Source: Biomphalaria glabrata
Lineage: Eukaryota
DNA length: 64,000 nucleotides
Direction: 5' to 3'
NCBI RefSeq assembly: GCF_947242115.1
Contig: NC_074716.1
Span: forward strand, 24,112,637-24,176,636
Notes under the pieces: model-generated
Database searches by the model: none
Told to the model about the DNA's origin: nothing
The model's input: only the letters and a program-made list of their open reading frames with translations
In this document: piece by piece, positions 1 through 13,600 of the stretch
Position numbering within the stretch: the stretch's first letter is position 1
Layout of the letters: every line of letters begins with the position of its first letter
Position numbers and translations under genes: made by a program

Positions 1-1224
1 AGAATGATATATAGAGATATTTCAAAACAGACCAATTGTGCACATTTTTTCTCCAACAGCTAAAAATCGGCATTACATCTCTAGATACTTTAAACTACTT
101 AATACAATTTTTTGGGATAAAAATCCAGTTCTGTATTTCAAACTTGTAAATAGAAGTATTAAAGGATTTTACTTCATTTTCAAAAAGGTTCATGTCGCTA
201 AGGATTTTGTCCACCTGCTGAGAAACATTTCCTTCACATTTAACATGTTTTTGTTTTTTTTTAAAATAGCGAATGTCAATGTTGTAATTATTTTCTCGAC
301 AATATTTCAATGAGTATGGAAAGTGTATTAGAGTTTCTTTTTCTATGTCTTTGGCAAAATGAGGCAATTTTTTTTCAACTAAAAAATAATTCTAACATCG
401 AAATAAAAGTTTTTCCTTTTCCTTTAACTTACAATAAAGTTAATTTAGACGAGAAGTAACTGCCGCAATGAAATCACTTTTCTTGTTCCAAAGAGCATTC
501 GTAAGTCCTGTATAGTGAACACTCTTCTCAAGAAGAAATGCTTTTATTTCAGTAAACACTGAAGCAAAATTGTTTTAACTTGAATTCGAACTGGACGGCT
601 AAAGCCTCCGTGTATTTCACTGTACCACTAAGCCAGCTAAGTGCTTATGAAAATAGAAGCTTTTTTGATATCTAGGTAGTTTTTAATTTTTTTTTAGACG
701 ACGACCTAATTTTCTACACAGGCTTATCTCCCCTTATCAAGTACTGTTTCCATATAAAACGAAATTAGCTAGATCTAATTTTTCTAATTGATAGAATAAT
801 TGGTCATTTTTAGCGGCCCCCGAAAGGGGAAAAGACGCTATTAGTTTTGTGCGAAATGTCTGACCGTCTGTCCGTCCGTCCCGTTTAGATCTCGTAAACT
901 AGAAAAGATATTGAAAATCCGACAGCACAATATTTTAGGCCTTTCAAAGTTCTGATGCAACGGCTACTTTTTTTTTTCTGAAAGCGAAAAATCTAATTTT
1001 TAAAATCAGTTATGCAAACAGTTTTTTTTAAGAGGAAAAGCTAATTAGTATGCATTATAATTTAGACCTAAATTAACACGAATAGTAATCTTGTAAATGT
1101 CATTTTCGTGCACTTTTTTTTTTATTGCGAAAATACTTTTTTTTTTTTTTTTTTGCTGAGCATTCGAATAAGAGATTGAGCCTTTTCAAAACAATTATAT
1201 CAATTATAAGACTTCAGTTAGGCC

Positions 1225-1480
1225 AGGAGAGGCGCGGTAGCTGAGCGGTAAAGCGCTTGGCTTCCGAACCGGGGGCCCCGGGTTCGAATCCTGGTGAAGA
1301 CTGGGATTTTCAACTTCGGAATCCTTAGGCGCCTCTGAGTCCACCCAGTTCCAATGGGTACCTGATATTAGTGGGGAAAAGTAAAGGCGGTTGGTCGTTG
1401 TGCTGGCTACATGACAACCTCGTTAATCGTAGGACACAAAAACAGATGAACTTTACATCATCTGCCCTATAGACCACAAG
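1225..1480 (+). mobile_element. tRNA-derived SINE, copy 1 (A box and B box GGTTCGAATCC, conserved body ...CCACCCAGTTCCAATGGGTACCTG...GCGGTTGGTCGTTGTGCTGGC...)
   Basis: Shares about 85% identity with copies at 26810-27066 (+) and, in reverse, at 1564, 11403, 23343 and 48421. Confidence 0.8.
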
Positions 1481-1563
1481 GGTAGTGTAATGTAGTCTAT
1501 TTAGCGATTTCTTTCTTCTCTTTCTAGTCAAGTAAGAGAAAAAAAAGGTATCCATCTTAAACC

Positions 1564-1790
1564 TTGCAATCTATAAGGCAGATGTTTCTTTGACCAAAGG
1601 TTAACGAGCAGGATGTCATGTGACCAGCACAACGACCAACCTCCTTTACTTTCCCCAACCAAAGCCAGGTACCCATTAGAATTGGGTGGACTCAAGGGCG
1701 CCCTAAAAATCCCGAAATTTAAAATCCCAGTATTCACAGAGATTCGAACCCAGGACCCAGGGTTCTTAACCACTAGCCCCCTTCTTCTAT
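1564..1790 (-). mobile_element. tRNA-derived SINE, copy 2 (inverted, tail-to-tail with copy 1)
   Basis: Reverse complement of the SINE consensus: catgtgaccagcacaacgaccaacc...cccattagaattgggtggactc...gattcgaaccc. Confidence 0.75.
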
Positions 1791-2159
1791 TTCTGGTGAA
1801 AATATTTGATTTCAGAAACAAAAAAACAATATTTGTGTTTATGGCGAAACGAAACAAAACGAAACATCAACATGTATGGAACGATGTATTTTAGACTAAA
1901 TCTATTTCAGTATAGACTGCCAGGTAGTTGGCTCATTGATTTTCCTGTCAACCTGACGCGCTAAGTCGAAAGAGAAAGTGCACATTAGATTTGGCATTTC
2001 ATTTCAAACATGGAGATGACACTGTGATAAAAAAAATGTCACACAGTGTGTTAAAGAACTTCAGTAGCTGTGTGAATTCTTCTCGTTTGATAAATTGAAC
2101 TATGTAAAAATAAATTGTGCCGGTAGAATTCAATAATTTCAATGATTCTATTCTCTATT

Positions 2160-2400
2160 AGTATTTTCTCAGGCCACTCCCGTGAAACAGAAAATTATAA
2201 ACTACGTACAAATGCTCCTTCTTACCTAGTGCTATTAGAGACTGGAATAGGTTGCCTGAATCAGCCAGGAAAACCAACGACTTAAAAGAGTTTAGGTCAC
2301 TTATTAACATGCATGACTAGATTAACTCATGAAATGCGTAGGACGTAATTATCTTCTCTTTTGAAGAAACGTCTGTAATCTATAAGATAAGATATTGGTC
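2160..2400 (+). mobile_element. 3' end fragment of CR1/RTE-like LINE (ORF2 C-terminus ...SFLPSAIRDWNRLPESARKTNDLKEFRSLINMHD* plus 3' UTR)
   Basis: Conserved LINE ORF2 C-terminal motif (F.P..IRDWN.LP.....S...FK..L) followed by the shared tail aacgtctgtaatctataagataagata. Paralogs at 4925, 57045 and 59345. Confidence 0.7.
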
Positions 2401-4924
2401 TTGATATGTTTTTATTGATTGGATTGAGGTGCAGGGTTAAATTTGAATCTATTTTCAATCTAGTGATGATCACTCTTGTTTGTTAGAAAACTATGTGACT
2501 GACAAACATGAAATCGCCATTAAATTTATTTACCCTTAACATTTAGTTCTTGCAGAGAAAAAACAAAAGTAAAGATATGTTCTCTATTGCGGGACGTGGC
2601 TTATCAGCCTGTACACCGGATGCACTAAAGAGTTACTTCCGATGTTCATGAAGATCTCTAAACTTTTTTTAAAAACATTTCTTGATGCGATAGTCGAACT
2701 TTTTACAAAAATTTTATTATTTTGTTTTTGTCCTTTTTTTTTTATAACCAAAAGACAGTAGCAGTCAGACATGTAAGATTTTATTTTCTGTTCATTTTTC
2801 CTATTTATTATCCGTTCGGAGAGGTCATAGGGTGTAGAGTTGTATTTTACCCCGTTAAGTTTTTCTACTTGTTACAAAAAAAAAGAAAGGTGTTCGATTT
2901 ATTTATTTTAAAGAGTTCAATAGTTTTCAGTCGAATAAATGAAAAGATGAAGGGGGGGGGGGTAGGTGGGAGCAGGTCAGCAAGTATCAATGTCATCAGC
3001 AAAAATCCAAATTCTAATTAAAAACAAATTAAAATGTGTAAAATTTAGCCTGAGTTTTTTTTTGACATGACAAATTGACAGATTTACCGCTGTGCTTGGT
3101 CTTATGAATAGGTTCGTCTAGTCGTGTTTCCCTCTGAACTGAAGTGATCCAAGAGCTATGAGTAGCAATGCTTTTATTGGACGTTTTATTCCGCTCATAT
3201 TAAATAAATATTTTCCTGAACCCGAAATCTGTGAATGTGTCTAGGACTCAAGATCGAGATCAATTGGAGAATAACTAAAATCATATTTGCTCTAATAACT
3301 TTTGACAGGCGGACAAGGTGACATCAAACAAAGAAACGCCTATGTAGGCCTAATATGTTCATTTCTATTTTAGTATTTAATAACATATATCAGAATAATT
3401 TATTTGTGAACAAAACAGGGTTGAAACCAATATTATTTACATATAAAATTAATCATAAACCATAAGAGTTAAGTGACAAACGGACTGGCTACTTGGGTCA
3501 TCGGGCAAATGACAATAAGTACCATAAATGTGATTGGCATTCCTTTACCTGTCATAAAAGATCTTTACAGACTTAACTGTGTAATACTAATGAAATACTC
3601 TCGTAATAAAGGAATCATCTAGATCTATAAACATATATCATGCTACAGGTGATTTACAATCCTCTATATACACTAAGCGATTTTAACAAACAACATATGG
3701 TTTATTTGTATAGCTCTGTAGAAGTTGCAGTCGTTTAAACAAACTCGGGTGAATGTATAACGAGACACTGAGTTTATAAACTAGTCATGAATGTCCTGTT
3801 ATAAAGGGGTATTATTGTATACAGTCATCTATAGATTCACTCTGACCAAAAATGACTCAAATATAGCGTGTCCTGTCAAATGTGAATTATATTGGTTCAT
3901 CGCAAGATCTCAGGATTTCCCCGTTACGAATTTTACGCCGCTAGGGCTAGAGAAACGAGTGGAGGTGAACAGAACGATAACTCTTGTAAGTGATGGAGAT
4001 GAGAGCGAAGAGAGTTGTCTTGTAATAACTGTTCAAATGGTTGTTACTGAATTTAAGAAGTACAATTTTTGACTCACGTAACTTGTGAAATTGTTTGGCA
4101 CTTTGAAACGTTTAAAGAGTAGACTAAAAAACATTTTGATAATGGTACAATGACAAGGTTTCATATTTAAGGCTTTTGATAAAGTTTGTGTTTAAAGAAC
4201 CTTTTTATTCTTAATAAGTTAATGTATTGCAAAAACGTTCACATTGCTCCTGTAATAAAGTATTCTATTCAAGCTAATTGTGCTGCAATCGTACAATTGT
4301 TTGTACAAATAGCCATTTCTCAGAATGACCTCTATTTGTAGCATGCTTATTACATTTTATTTGACCGAGGGGGGGGGGCGGATGTTTTCACTACAGTCTG
4401 AGAGAGATTCAGTCCTATAGACATTTCAAGGCCCACATCGATATTTAGTCCTATAGACATTTCAAGGCCCACATCGATATTCAAAATCATGGCTGTCTGG
4501 TTAATAGTCAAGTGTTTTTGTCTTGTTATTTGTTTACCAATTGTCCACTACATCATGTCTAGGCTATATTAGCTATAGACTTGACTTACTTTGGGACTCT
4601 TGGAGTGATGGCATTTAAATTGACAATTTTATTCGACACAGCCTGGTCTAGCGGGATGTCATATTGGTCCTCCATTCTGGACTTGTTTCTGATTCAAAAC
4701 CTGACAGTTCAAGACAAAAAGAAAACAAGAATTCATGTATTAGATTGTTGAAGTGTAACATAGTAGTTTTAAAATCTAACTAAATGTGTTTTTTTTTTAG
4801 TATTTTATGAGCTGTTCTGATAGTCTCCCTTTATTTCTCGGTTGTTTTATATTTCCTTTTCTCTCTTTTCTATTAAATCTCCTTCTTTTTTTTATTCTCT
4901 CCTGTTTCCCTATACCTAACTCTT

Positions 4925-5105
4925 TCCTAGATTAGAGTATGGATCCGGTGGCCTGAATTATCCAGGAAAACCAACGACTTAGCAGAGTTGACGTCTCTAA
5001 TTCACAAGCACGACTAGATGACCTAGATTAACACAGATACATGTAGGACGTAGTGATCTTCTTTTTTGAAGGAACGTCTGTGATTTATAAGACGGAATCT
5101 CAGAC
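4925..5105 (+). mobile_element. LINE 3' tail fragment (same family)
   Basis: ggcctgaattatccaggaaaaccaacgacttagcagagttgacgtctctaattcacaagcacgactag...gaacgtctgtgatttataagacgg. Confidence 0.65.
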
Positions 5106-7784
5106 ATTGCAGAGTAGGGCAAGCATTGTTATTAAAGTCTCAGTGATATTGTACATCACTGTGAGGTTGTATTGTATTCATTTAAATATATGTTACCCAG
5201 CATGCCAATAGAGGAAGTAGACTAAAGTGGAAATAGACTGATCTCTTTAACGTAGGAGAGAACTATTAGTTTTTTAAGATTGAGTTTATTCAATACTTTC
5301 TCAATAACGCAAATAAACGCTCAAAACTTGTCCTCATGTATTCTTGTAGGCCTAGTAGCACCATTGTGCACAATGAGATTCTGTCAACAAAACACAAACC
5401 AACAGAAGCCTACCTTGTGTTGATGTCTAGCTCTCAGTTTCTCGGAGTAGTGTCTTGTTTTTCAGCTTTGCTTCACAGAGGAGCTTTATTCCACACATGA
5501 ACTGAATTACTTTCATTATTTAAACTAGTTTAAACGATGGACATTCCAATCAAATCTGAACTCCCTTTTAGCAGAATGTGAACTGCATGATATAAACTTC
5601 TATTCCTGCTACTTTAATCAAAATTCTCTTTCTGTAATTTTATCCATTCCATTGAAATCAATGAAAACTGATATTTTCTCAAAATCTACAAATTCTGTCA
5701 TGGTGCTTGCAGAGTGAGAAAATACTTTACAGGCAATATTAAATACATTTTAATCCCTTCGTATTTTCAGGATATACGTCCATTATATCCATAAACATTA
5801 AAAAGTCATATTTACAGCGCTAAACCTTTTTGGTCGTCGGTGTCAAGAGATTACCGCCCTTTAGTTTACGATACTTTCAAATGTATACAAATGTCAGTGT
5901 TAAATCAGGGGCGGTAATCGACGAGCGCTTTATTGATCTCACTTTCGCAAGGAGTTGTCCTTTCGCTAACATTTTTTTGCGTGTAAGCTATATAGTACAG
6001 GGGAGTATTTTCTTGTTGACTTTAAAACTTATAAAACTGTTTTGAAAGCCGAGTCAATAGAGAATAGATAGATGGTGTTTACCAATGAAAGCGAGTGCAC
6101 TAGTTAAGAATGTCAAAGGTGATACTCTGCATGGGTAAGGAGTGTTGCGGAGCCTAGCGTCGACACTTGACCCTGTTTCATAAGATGTAGTAGGCCTAAT
6201 TATAGTAGCGACGCAGAAATGCTTATGTTCTATGAATAGCTACCGGAACTAGAATGATTTGCATCCAAATGACTGTCACAGAACAAAATTTAATCGGGCG
6301 TTTGCAATGGTGGTTATGAGAGCGCCAAACCAAGTGTCTTTGACAACTCGAGCTAGATCTAGAACTTTCAGCTCTATATAGGATTATGTTATTTAGTTCA
6401 TGATTAAGTGTTTTTTTAAATTAATGGATTAAAGAGATTCATTATTTTCTTTGAGATCTTGTCGTCTGCAAATTTTTCTCAATAAAATATTTACTTTCAA
6501 ATCTTTTTAAACTCTAATCTCTAAAAGATATGTATTGACGTCATTCGAAGTATAGAGGGGTCGCTCTTATCTATTTATGGCAATTAATTTTAAAAAAAGG
6601 TTTGCGAAAGAGTGGGGTGGGGATTCAACTGGCCTTGAACTTGATGTCAAGATGGTTAGCAGACAACTTTGGAAGCTAGCTGACGTGAAGTGTGTGCATC
6701 AGATGATCAACACGATTATGTTCACTAAGCACCAGACTAGGCAACAACAAAATGGCTGAAACGGTCAAAGAAACAACAGAGATTGTAATTCAATTTCCAC
6801 GGACTGACTTTTTGAAGGGTTCCTAATAAATAACACACTTGGCTTCCTTGTCCAACCACTAAAGAGGCCAGAGAGTGTAGGGTATCAATTATCTGCCCAA
6901 CCATTGAACAGAATGTAGGGTATCAATTAAATGAAGACTTGTGACTTATCGTATCGCAGGCTCGACACCCAACACTTTCCCTACTTCTCAAGTTTATCTA
7001 GTTAAAGTACCATTCTGGGCTACCCGCTTTGGCTTCGGTCGTACGCAACTGTCAACAGACAGATAATAATGATTCGGGGGAAGGGAGAGTGTTTGTTGGT
7101 AATAAAGGCATGCTATTAGAAACTTGTCTTAAAAGGGTCTGTCATTCAAAGTTGTTTGCTGTAGAACTGATCAGCCTTTCCAAAATGTTTCTTATCTTGG
7201 GCGAGCGATCTCTAAATGAATCACTTAACGGGTTTTTGTCTGCGACCGAGGGCTGGCAGCTTGAGGGGGGAAAACAAACTGTGACTTATTTGTCCAGGTC
7301 TCTAGCACTTCTCTTTTAGACGTCCAATAATAGCTTGGTTTAGAGTTCACGTCTTTGGCATTAGCTTTAATATGAACGTTTTAAAACAATGAAATAAGCA
7401 TGTAATAAATAGTGTACAGGTCATGAAAAGTTATCCTAACCTACTTTAGTAAACCAACACAAACAGGTTTGCACTGTATGAGCGCAATGTATTGATTGAT
7501 ATACTTTGACTGTATTGTAGACGTATACAAGGAGTAGATGTAGAATAGTTTTATTTATAATATCCTCATTGAGTGAACATACAAATGTAACTGGTGGAGC
7601 TGGTGACTGGATCTATGCTGTTTATATACAAAGTAAGAGAACTCTTTTCATTAGTTCGCCAGCATTGCCAGGTTGGCTCTAGATATAAATATAATGTATA
7701 GTATGTACAAGCAAAATAAAAATAAAAAGCAATGTAAGGAATATTATAGCAAAAATATGACACAGGACATATCATTCATAAATA

Positions 7785-8010
7785 TCATGTCACTTATGTT
7801 GGCTATGTGACATATTGGCCATGTCACGTATATTGACCATGTGACTCTTACTGTCTTTGTGACATAATGGCCATGTCCTTAGATTGGCTGTGACTTGTGA
7901 CACATTGGCTATGTCACTTAGATTGACAGTGTGTCTCAGACTGGTTTTGTCACATATTAGCCATATTCCTTAGATTGGCCATTCCACTCAGACAAGATAT
8001 ATTGGCCAAG
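7785..8010. repeat. Minisatellite of about 22-26 bp (gtgacatattggccatgtcac.tagatt)n
   Basis: Direct reading. Confidence 0.8.
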
Positions 8011-8439
8011 TAGGTTTTATACATTCAAGAGATTTATGAGGATCTTATACTCTAGGTTAGAAACAAATTTTTTAAAGGTGCAGTGAGTGTGTGACTTCAT
8101 GTTTAGATGACAAATAGTAACAGATGCATCTGATTTTGAGCAATCTATAGATAATTGCCAAATTGGATTTAAATGTGACAGACAGACAGACTGCACAACA
8201 GAATCCTTTTGGAGGCCATAGAAAAAAACCCACAGTTATGGTTCTTTTTAAAAGCAGGAGATACAGATGGCTCTTTTTCTCAATAACAAAGAACAGATTT
8301 AGTCACAGCAAATTAAGAAGTTTTTTTTAAAAACTGTGTTTTCTAATTGTGACTATTATGTTGCAACTTTAAATGCAATTCTTACTACAAGTTTTTATAT
8401 AATAATAATATGATACATTGAACAGCTGAAACAAGTACA

Positions 8440-8590
8440 TATTTGATTGCTTTATTAAATACATTGAAACGATGACATATTTGATAGCTACATATAATAC
8501 ATTGAAACGATTACATATTTGATAGCTACATATAATACATTGAAACGATGACATATTTGATAGCTACATATAATACATTGAAAAATGGAC
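8440..8590. repeat. 37-bp tandem repeat x4 (acattgaaacgatgacatatttgatagctacatataat)
   Basis: Direct reading. Confidence 0.85.
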
Positions 8591-10671
8591 ATATTTGGTA
8601 GCAGAATTAACTAATAAAAATATCTCTTATAACTATAAAACAATTTTATGAAACCAATGGACTTTAAATTCTTAATAACTTTGAATATTGCAGATTTTTT
8701 GTATTAGCTGTTACTAATGCTGGTATCATTAAAAAAAAAATTTTAAAAAATAAGTTCTAACAAAATAAGATAATACACAAAATGATCACACAAACTAAGT
8801 TGCCCCTGATTTGTCCTCCCATGGGTCCACAATGCAGGTTAACATTTTCAGCACAAATATCAGAATCTATAAACTACAAGCTACCAATCACAATCCTACC
8901 ACACTCCATACAAAATATTCATGTTAAAAGATGATTGCCTGCTTGTCTGAATACAGCATAACATCACATGACTTTCTACATGTAAACAAAGAGATGAGAA
9001 ACGTCTGGCAACATTTAAGTCCCACTGCCAATGAAGTCTTCTTTCATGGTGAATCAAATTGATGGCAATATCTAGTGCAGTTTCTCAAACTGTGGCGCTC
9101 AAACATTCTTAAAGCCCTCCCTCAAGGAGACACTATGATAGCCTACAGTGCTCTCCAAAGCTCCTAGCTGGCTAAGGAGGGCACTAATGAAATTCTTTTT
9201 TTCTAGAGGGGCGCAGCTGGCAAATGTTTGAGAAACATTGATCTAATGTAAATTGTATTTTCTCACCCTTATTATGGCACCCTAGTGGAGAAGTTTATAA
9301 CATGGAACCTCAAGTTGGCTTACAAAGTACAGAGTGGATTGCAGGTTGTTAAGAAGGAAGGGCTCACTAGTCCATGTCCCTTCCACCATCTCATTCATTC
9401 AATACATTGTGGGAGTATACCTTTTAAGGCCTCTGCATGGCATGGGCAGCCACGCAAAGGCTAAAAATTGGATGGGATTAAATGATCATCTAGAGGAAAC
9501 TTTGGACATCGGTTTGGACAAAAACTTATCCCTTAAATTGTCTATAAAAGAAGTTGTTCACTTCTGTCATGTGTTTTGAGAGCCATTGGCACCACTCTAT
9601 TAGTTGAAGATAGGCACAGAAGACAAAAAGAAAACTTAAATAGACCCCCAGCCAATAACAGTTTTCTAGGCACCAGATGTGGAAAAATATGTAGGCAGAG
9701 ACATTGCTGTTATTAGTACATGGGCAGCAGTGCAGTATACCAAAAAAATAAAACACTTCCAATAAAAAATCTCATTTTAAAATAAATATGTAGAATATGT
9801 ACCATAAATGTGATTTCTAACTTACTTCTTTAAAAAAATAAATGTTTTGTTAGCTATTAGTAGCTTATACACCAGAAACACATAATAAAGTTTTACATTT
9901 CTATAACATTTTTTTGACTAATAACAAAATTAATTTGGAATTTTTCCTAAAATAGAGCATAATTATTTCCCATTCTTAATCCTCATTTCTCTTATCTTGA
10001 TGTATTCTTTGAAAAGTGATGTATTGTCAAGAAACAAAATGGCTTGAAACACAAATTGGTAAGCTTTCAAAGAAAAAAAGTAGTTAACACCTAAACTTTC
10101 CAACTAAAATATCATGAAATAGGATTGTCTGTAGCCACAAATGTTCCAACTACTTAGCACTAATTCTATATTGACAAACAAGCTAAAAAGTCATGTAATA
10201 GATACAGGAGGATAAAAAATTAATTTTTTTTTTAGTTTGTATTATAAAAAATGGAGAGAATCAAATATATTCGGATAAAGAAACAAAATGTATTTTGAAT
10301 GATTAATAAATGTTTATTATTTGACAATGAAATAAAATATGCTAACTCAACAAACTTTAAAATAATTTTAATAAAATGTTTAAGAAAAAAATTCTATTGT
10401 TTTATAAGAACAGCTGGGACACACATTGACATTATTTACTTTAAAAACAAAAATAGAATAGGAAAAAGAAATAAAAACATAAGTACATATAATTTACATG
10501 AAACTAATTACAAAGGTTACTACCCTCCTTGATAAGGATTAGAGGGGAACAAAATTATAAGCTAGATTCAAACAGACAAGGGACATAATTATTGAATTAG
10601 AAACAAATGCAGTGTTAACAAGTTCATGTAAAAAATAAAGCAGTTTCTCTCACCAACTTTGAGTCTGAGAC

Positions 10672-10994
10672 TCAATACTTCATCATAGTGAACACCACAT
10701 GGTACCAGCTGGGCCCCAGTTCCAATGTGCTGCAGGCTATGGGATACATGGTGTCCATAGATTGGCAGAACCTAAAGGCCTTGTTGATTGCTGAAGTTGT
10801 CCTTGACATTTCCTCTGAGGTCAACCCTAGACTTCTGAAGGTCTCTTCATTGTTCTCTAGGAAGCTGACTATATTTGACAGCCGCAGCTTCAGCAAAACT
10901 TCCAGGTCCAAAACAGGCTCCACCAGCTCATAGAGAGAAATAAGCACCAAAAGAGTGGCCAAGTATTTTTGGATGTTCTGTTCAGCAGTGCTTC
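10672..10994 (-). CDS. PARP4: Candidate terminal exon (MVP-binding-region-like): ...YLATLLVLISLYELVEPVLDLEVLLKLRLSNIVSFLENNEETFRSLGLTSEEMSRTTSAINKAFRFCQSMDTMYPIACSTLELGPSWYHVVFTMMKY*
   Basis: Resembles the human PARP4 C-terminus ('LIATMLVLQFIRTRL...YPSICPRLELGNDW'). Ends with TGA at 10672-10674. The 5' boundary is uncertain. The acceptor chosen at 10994-10996 is phase 1, whereas the upstream giant exon ends in phase 0, so intermediate exons are probably missing. Confidence 0.45.
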
Positions 10995-11402
10995 CTGTTG
11001 AATTGTATTCAAATGAATTTCAAGACTAGATCAGACAAATCTAAGGACTTTAGGACTTAACCGAACAAACTTGATAAGTTAGAACAATCTTACTAGTCCG
11101 AAAACTGATTAAGAAATAAGCATTAACTTTAATTTAAAAAAAAAAAGTTTAATCCTCTAGACCAGTGTTTACCGAATTGTGTTAGGTGGACCACTAGGCT
11201 GTATAAGGTGTTCCACAAAACTAATGGAGTAATTAACAAGTAGGCCACCAAATAAATGAATCTCCAAGTAAAATGCAGGGGAAAAAAAGATTTGTATAAG
11301 TTCTTGTTAATAAAATAAGTTCTAAAACATCAATTTGAACTTTGAACTGTTCTATATTCTGAATCTAATTTGAAACAAAGTTCCCCTTTCAGACCATGCT
11401 GT

Positions 11403-11650
11403 CTGCAGGGTAGATAATGTTAAGGTCATCTCTTTCTTTGGCTAACATTTAACTAGCAGGGTGTGATATGGCCAGCACAACCACCTACCACCTTTATTTC
11501 CCCCACTAAAGTCAGGTACCCATAAGAATTGGGTGGACTCAAGGGCTCCCTAAAAATCCTGAAATTCAAAATCCCAGCCTTCACCCAAATTCAAATGCAG
11601 GACCTCAAGTTCAGAAGCCAAGCACTTAAATACTCAGCCACTGCGCCCCA
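11403..11650 (-). mobile_element. tRNA-derived SINE, copy 3
   Basis: Reverse-complement match to the SINE family (ggccagcacaaccacc...cccataagaattgggtggactcaagg...). Confidence 0.75.
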
Positions 11651-12719
11651 ATTGGAAACAAGAGATACAATAAAATGATTTCAGGTTGAGTTTTTCTCAA
11701 GAGCATCAAAACATTGTAAAACAAGCTTTCTTTTTTCACTTCAGTTTCATACAACTTATTTCTAAGGAACAGGATTTTCTTATTTTGTTGCAACAAAGTC
11801 AAGGTCTAGAAACTGGCTTGACGTAACATCAATATAAGAAATCAGATTTTTATGTATAGATATATCTATATATATTTTTAAAAAGTTTTATACTTAATTG
11901 ATGTCTTAATTATTTTTTTAATTTAAAAAAAAATAGAAAAAAAAATCCAAACTATAATAAAAGGAAAGTGTTCCACTAAATACTCAGAATGTGCAAAATG
12001 TTTTGTTAAGGACAAGTTTAGGAAACACTGCTCTAGACGAATTGTGAGTCGGACTCTAGATCTATTAATTTTTTTCATATATTCTTATAAATATACAGTT
12101 GAAATAATATTCAGAGTTATCCTCCAATAAATTTACTAACTTTTATTATAGTTCTACATATCCTGAATAAGGTGCTTACATCATTAGTTATCAAGCATCT
12201 AAAAATGGAATTAATTTGTTTTCCAACAATAACTGAATGTTAAAGGACAATATTATTGTTGTTTGTAAGAACCATGCAACTTCTCTAGCTACCATTTATA
12301 TCAGAATTTCGATAAGATCAAAATATCATCATGCACCAGCTAACATGTGGGGTAAGCTTTTTTTGATAACATAATAAACAAACAAAACAATTAATGAATA
12401 ATATGCTAACAAAAATTAATGAATAATATGCTAAGTTTTTTTTTTCTATGCCATACCAAGTGACTTGAGTCCACTTTGAATGAGAATATGTTGACATTGT
12501 CCACTATTGATTCCTAGGAGTTGGTCAAGTGTCATGCCAAACTGCCAGCTACCATCCTGTTGGAGGTTTGAGGACAAATAAAAGGTGGACTTAGAAGTAA
12601 TAAGAGGTTTACCATTTGACTGTGACTACAACATAGGTCTAGGCCTAGAGTAAGCTACAGAGACAAGGAACATTAGAATTAGCTTACATTCTGAAGAGAC
12701 TACATAGATCTAGAAGTAA

Positions 12720-13600
12720 TTGTGTGTAATGGAGTTTAAGTCTGAACTTACAAATGAGGTCATTCAAATTAGAAATAAAATAGGAGACAGCGTAGAGTCT
12801 TCTAGAGACTTAGGCGATCTAGCATTTGTAAGCCTCCATGCACTAAGGCTCCGTACTGGGATTAATCCTTTACAGCAAGGTCCATTTATCTGGCAATGGT
12901 CTGCCTGTCTCCGTACAGAGCGAGACCCCAGCATGCACCAGTTCTGTTTCAAGACTAGTCGTATCTTTGAATGTGTTTCTAAGCACACTGCAGTCGTACA
13001 GGATGTATGTAACTGTCTCGTCTTCCTCGTAGCAGTGTCGACATCTGGGATCGTGATTCTCTCGCGAAATAGGCTCCTATCGGACAGCGTCCAGTGCGGA
13101 ATCTTGCCAAGATTTCTTGCTCCTTTCTGTCTAGCTGCCACCATTCATATTTTCTGTTTGGGCGTTTGAGAACATTACAGACATCCCGTCCCTTGCTGCA
13201 ATGGTCCCAGCTTTGTACCATTTGGATTTGATCCATTCACAAATCTGAACTTTTGCAGTCTCGTATGTTTGCGGCTCCTCTGGTGGGTCTAAAAGCGTTC
13301 CTAGCTTCGCCAAACTGTCGGCCCTCTCGTTTCCTCTGATTCCACAATGCGATGGATCCCATTGCATCACCATACGTACCTGATATTTCCTTTCTGGGCG
13401 CTCCACGTACGACAGTTTTTGCCAGTTGTGTAGGCCATGCCTCTGTGCTCTCGAGATCTTGCAGGCAAGAAAGTGTTTGTAAAAAGAGTTACATTGGCCG
13501 GTGCCGCAGTTCCTCCTCAATACGTCTTTCAAAATGCTGCAAGGCATTCTTGATTCCTTACATTTCCGCAACGTAATTGCTTTCTCCTGCACATGGGCCT
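12720..13600 (-). mobile_element. Degenerate non-LTR retrotransposon 3' portion (RNase H domain plus C-terminal Cys/His motif), with frameshifts
   Basis: Minus-strand ORFs give ...VRMVMQWDPSHCGIRGNERADSLAKLG (RNase H signature W.PsH.GI.GNE.AD.LAK). A shifted frame gives ILARFRTGRCPIGAYF..., the RLRTGHTRLN-like motif of LINE ORF2 C-termini. Confidence 0.7.

Noticed and set aside
1225-1300. tRNA-like sequences with A box and B box (GGTTCGAATCC) at 1225 and 26810, and in reverse at 1790, 11650 and 48647
   Set aside because: They are heads of a multi-copy SINE, each followed by a conserved roughly 200-bp non-tRNA body. They lack a proper cloverleaf or anticodon arm, so they are not functional tRNA genes.
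12720-13169. Plus-strand ORF of 149 aa (12720-13169) and ORF 13352-13576
   Set aside because: They overlap, antisense, the RNase H-bearing LINE fragment on the minus strand. They have no protein-like features and are spurious.
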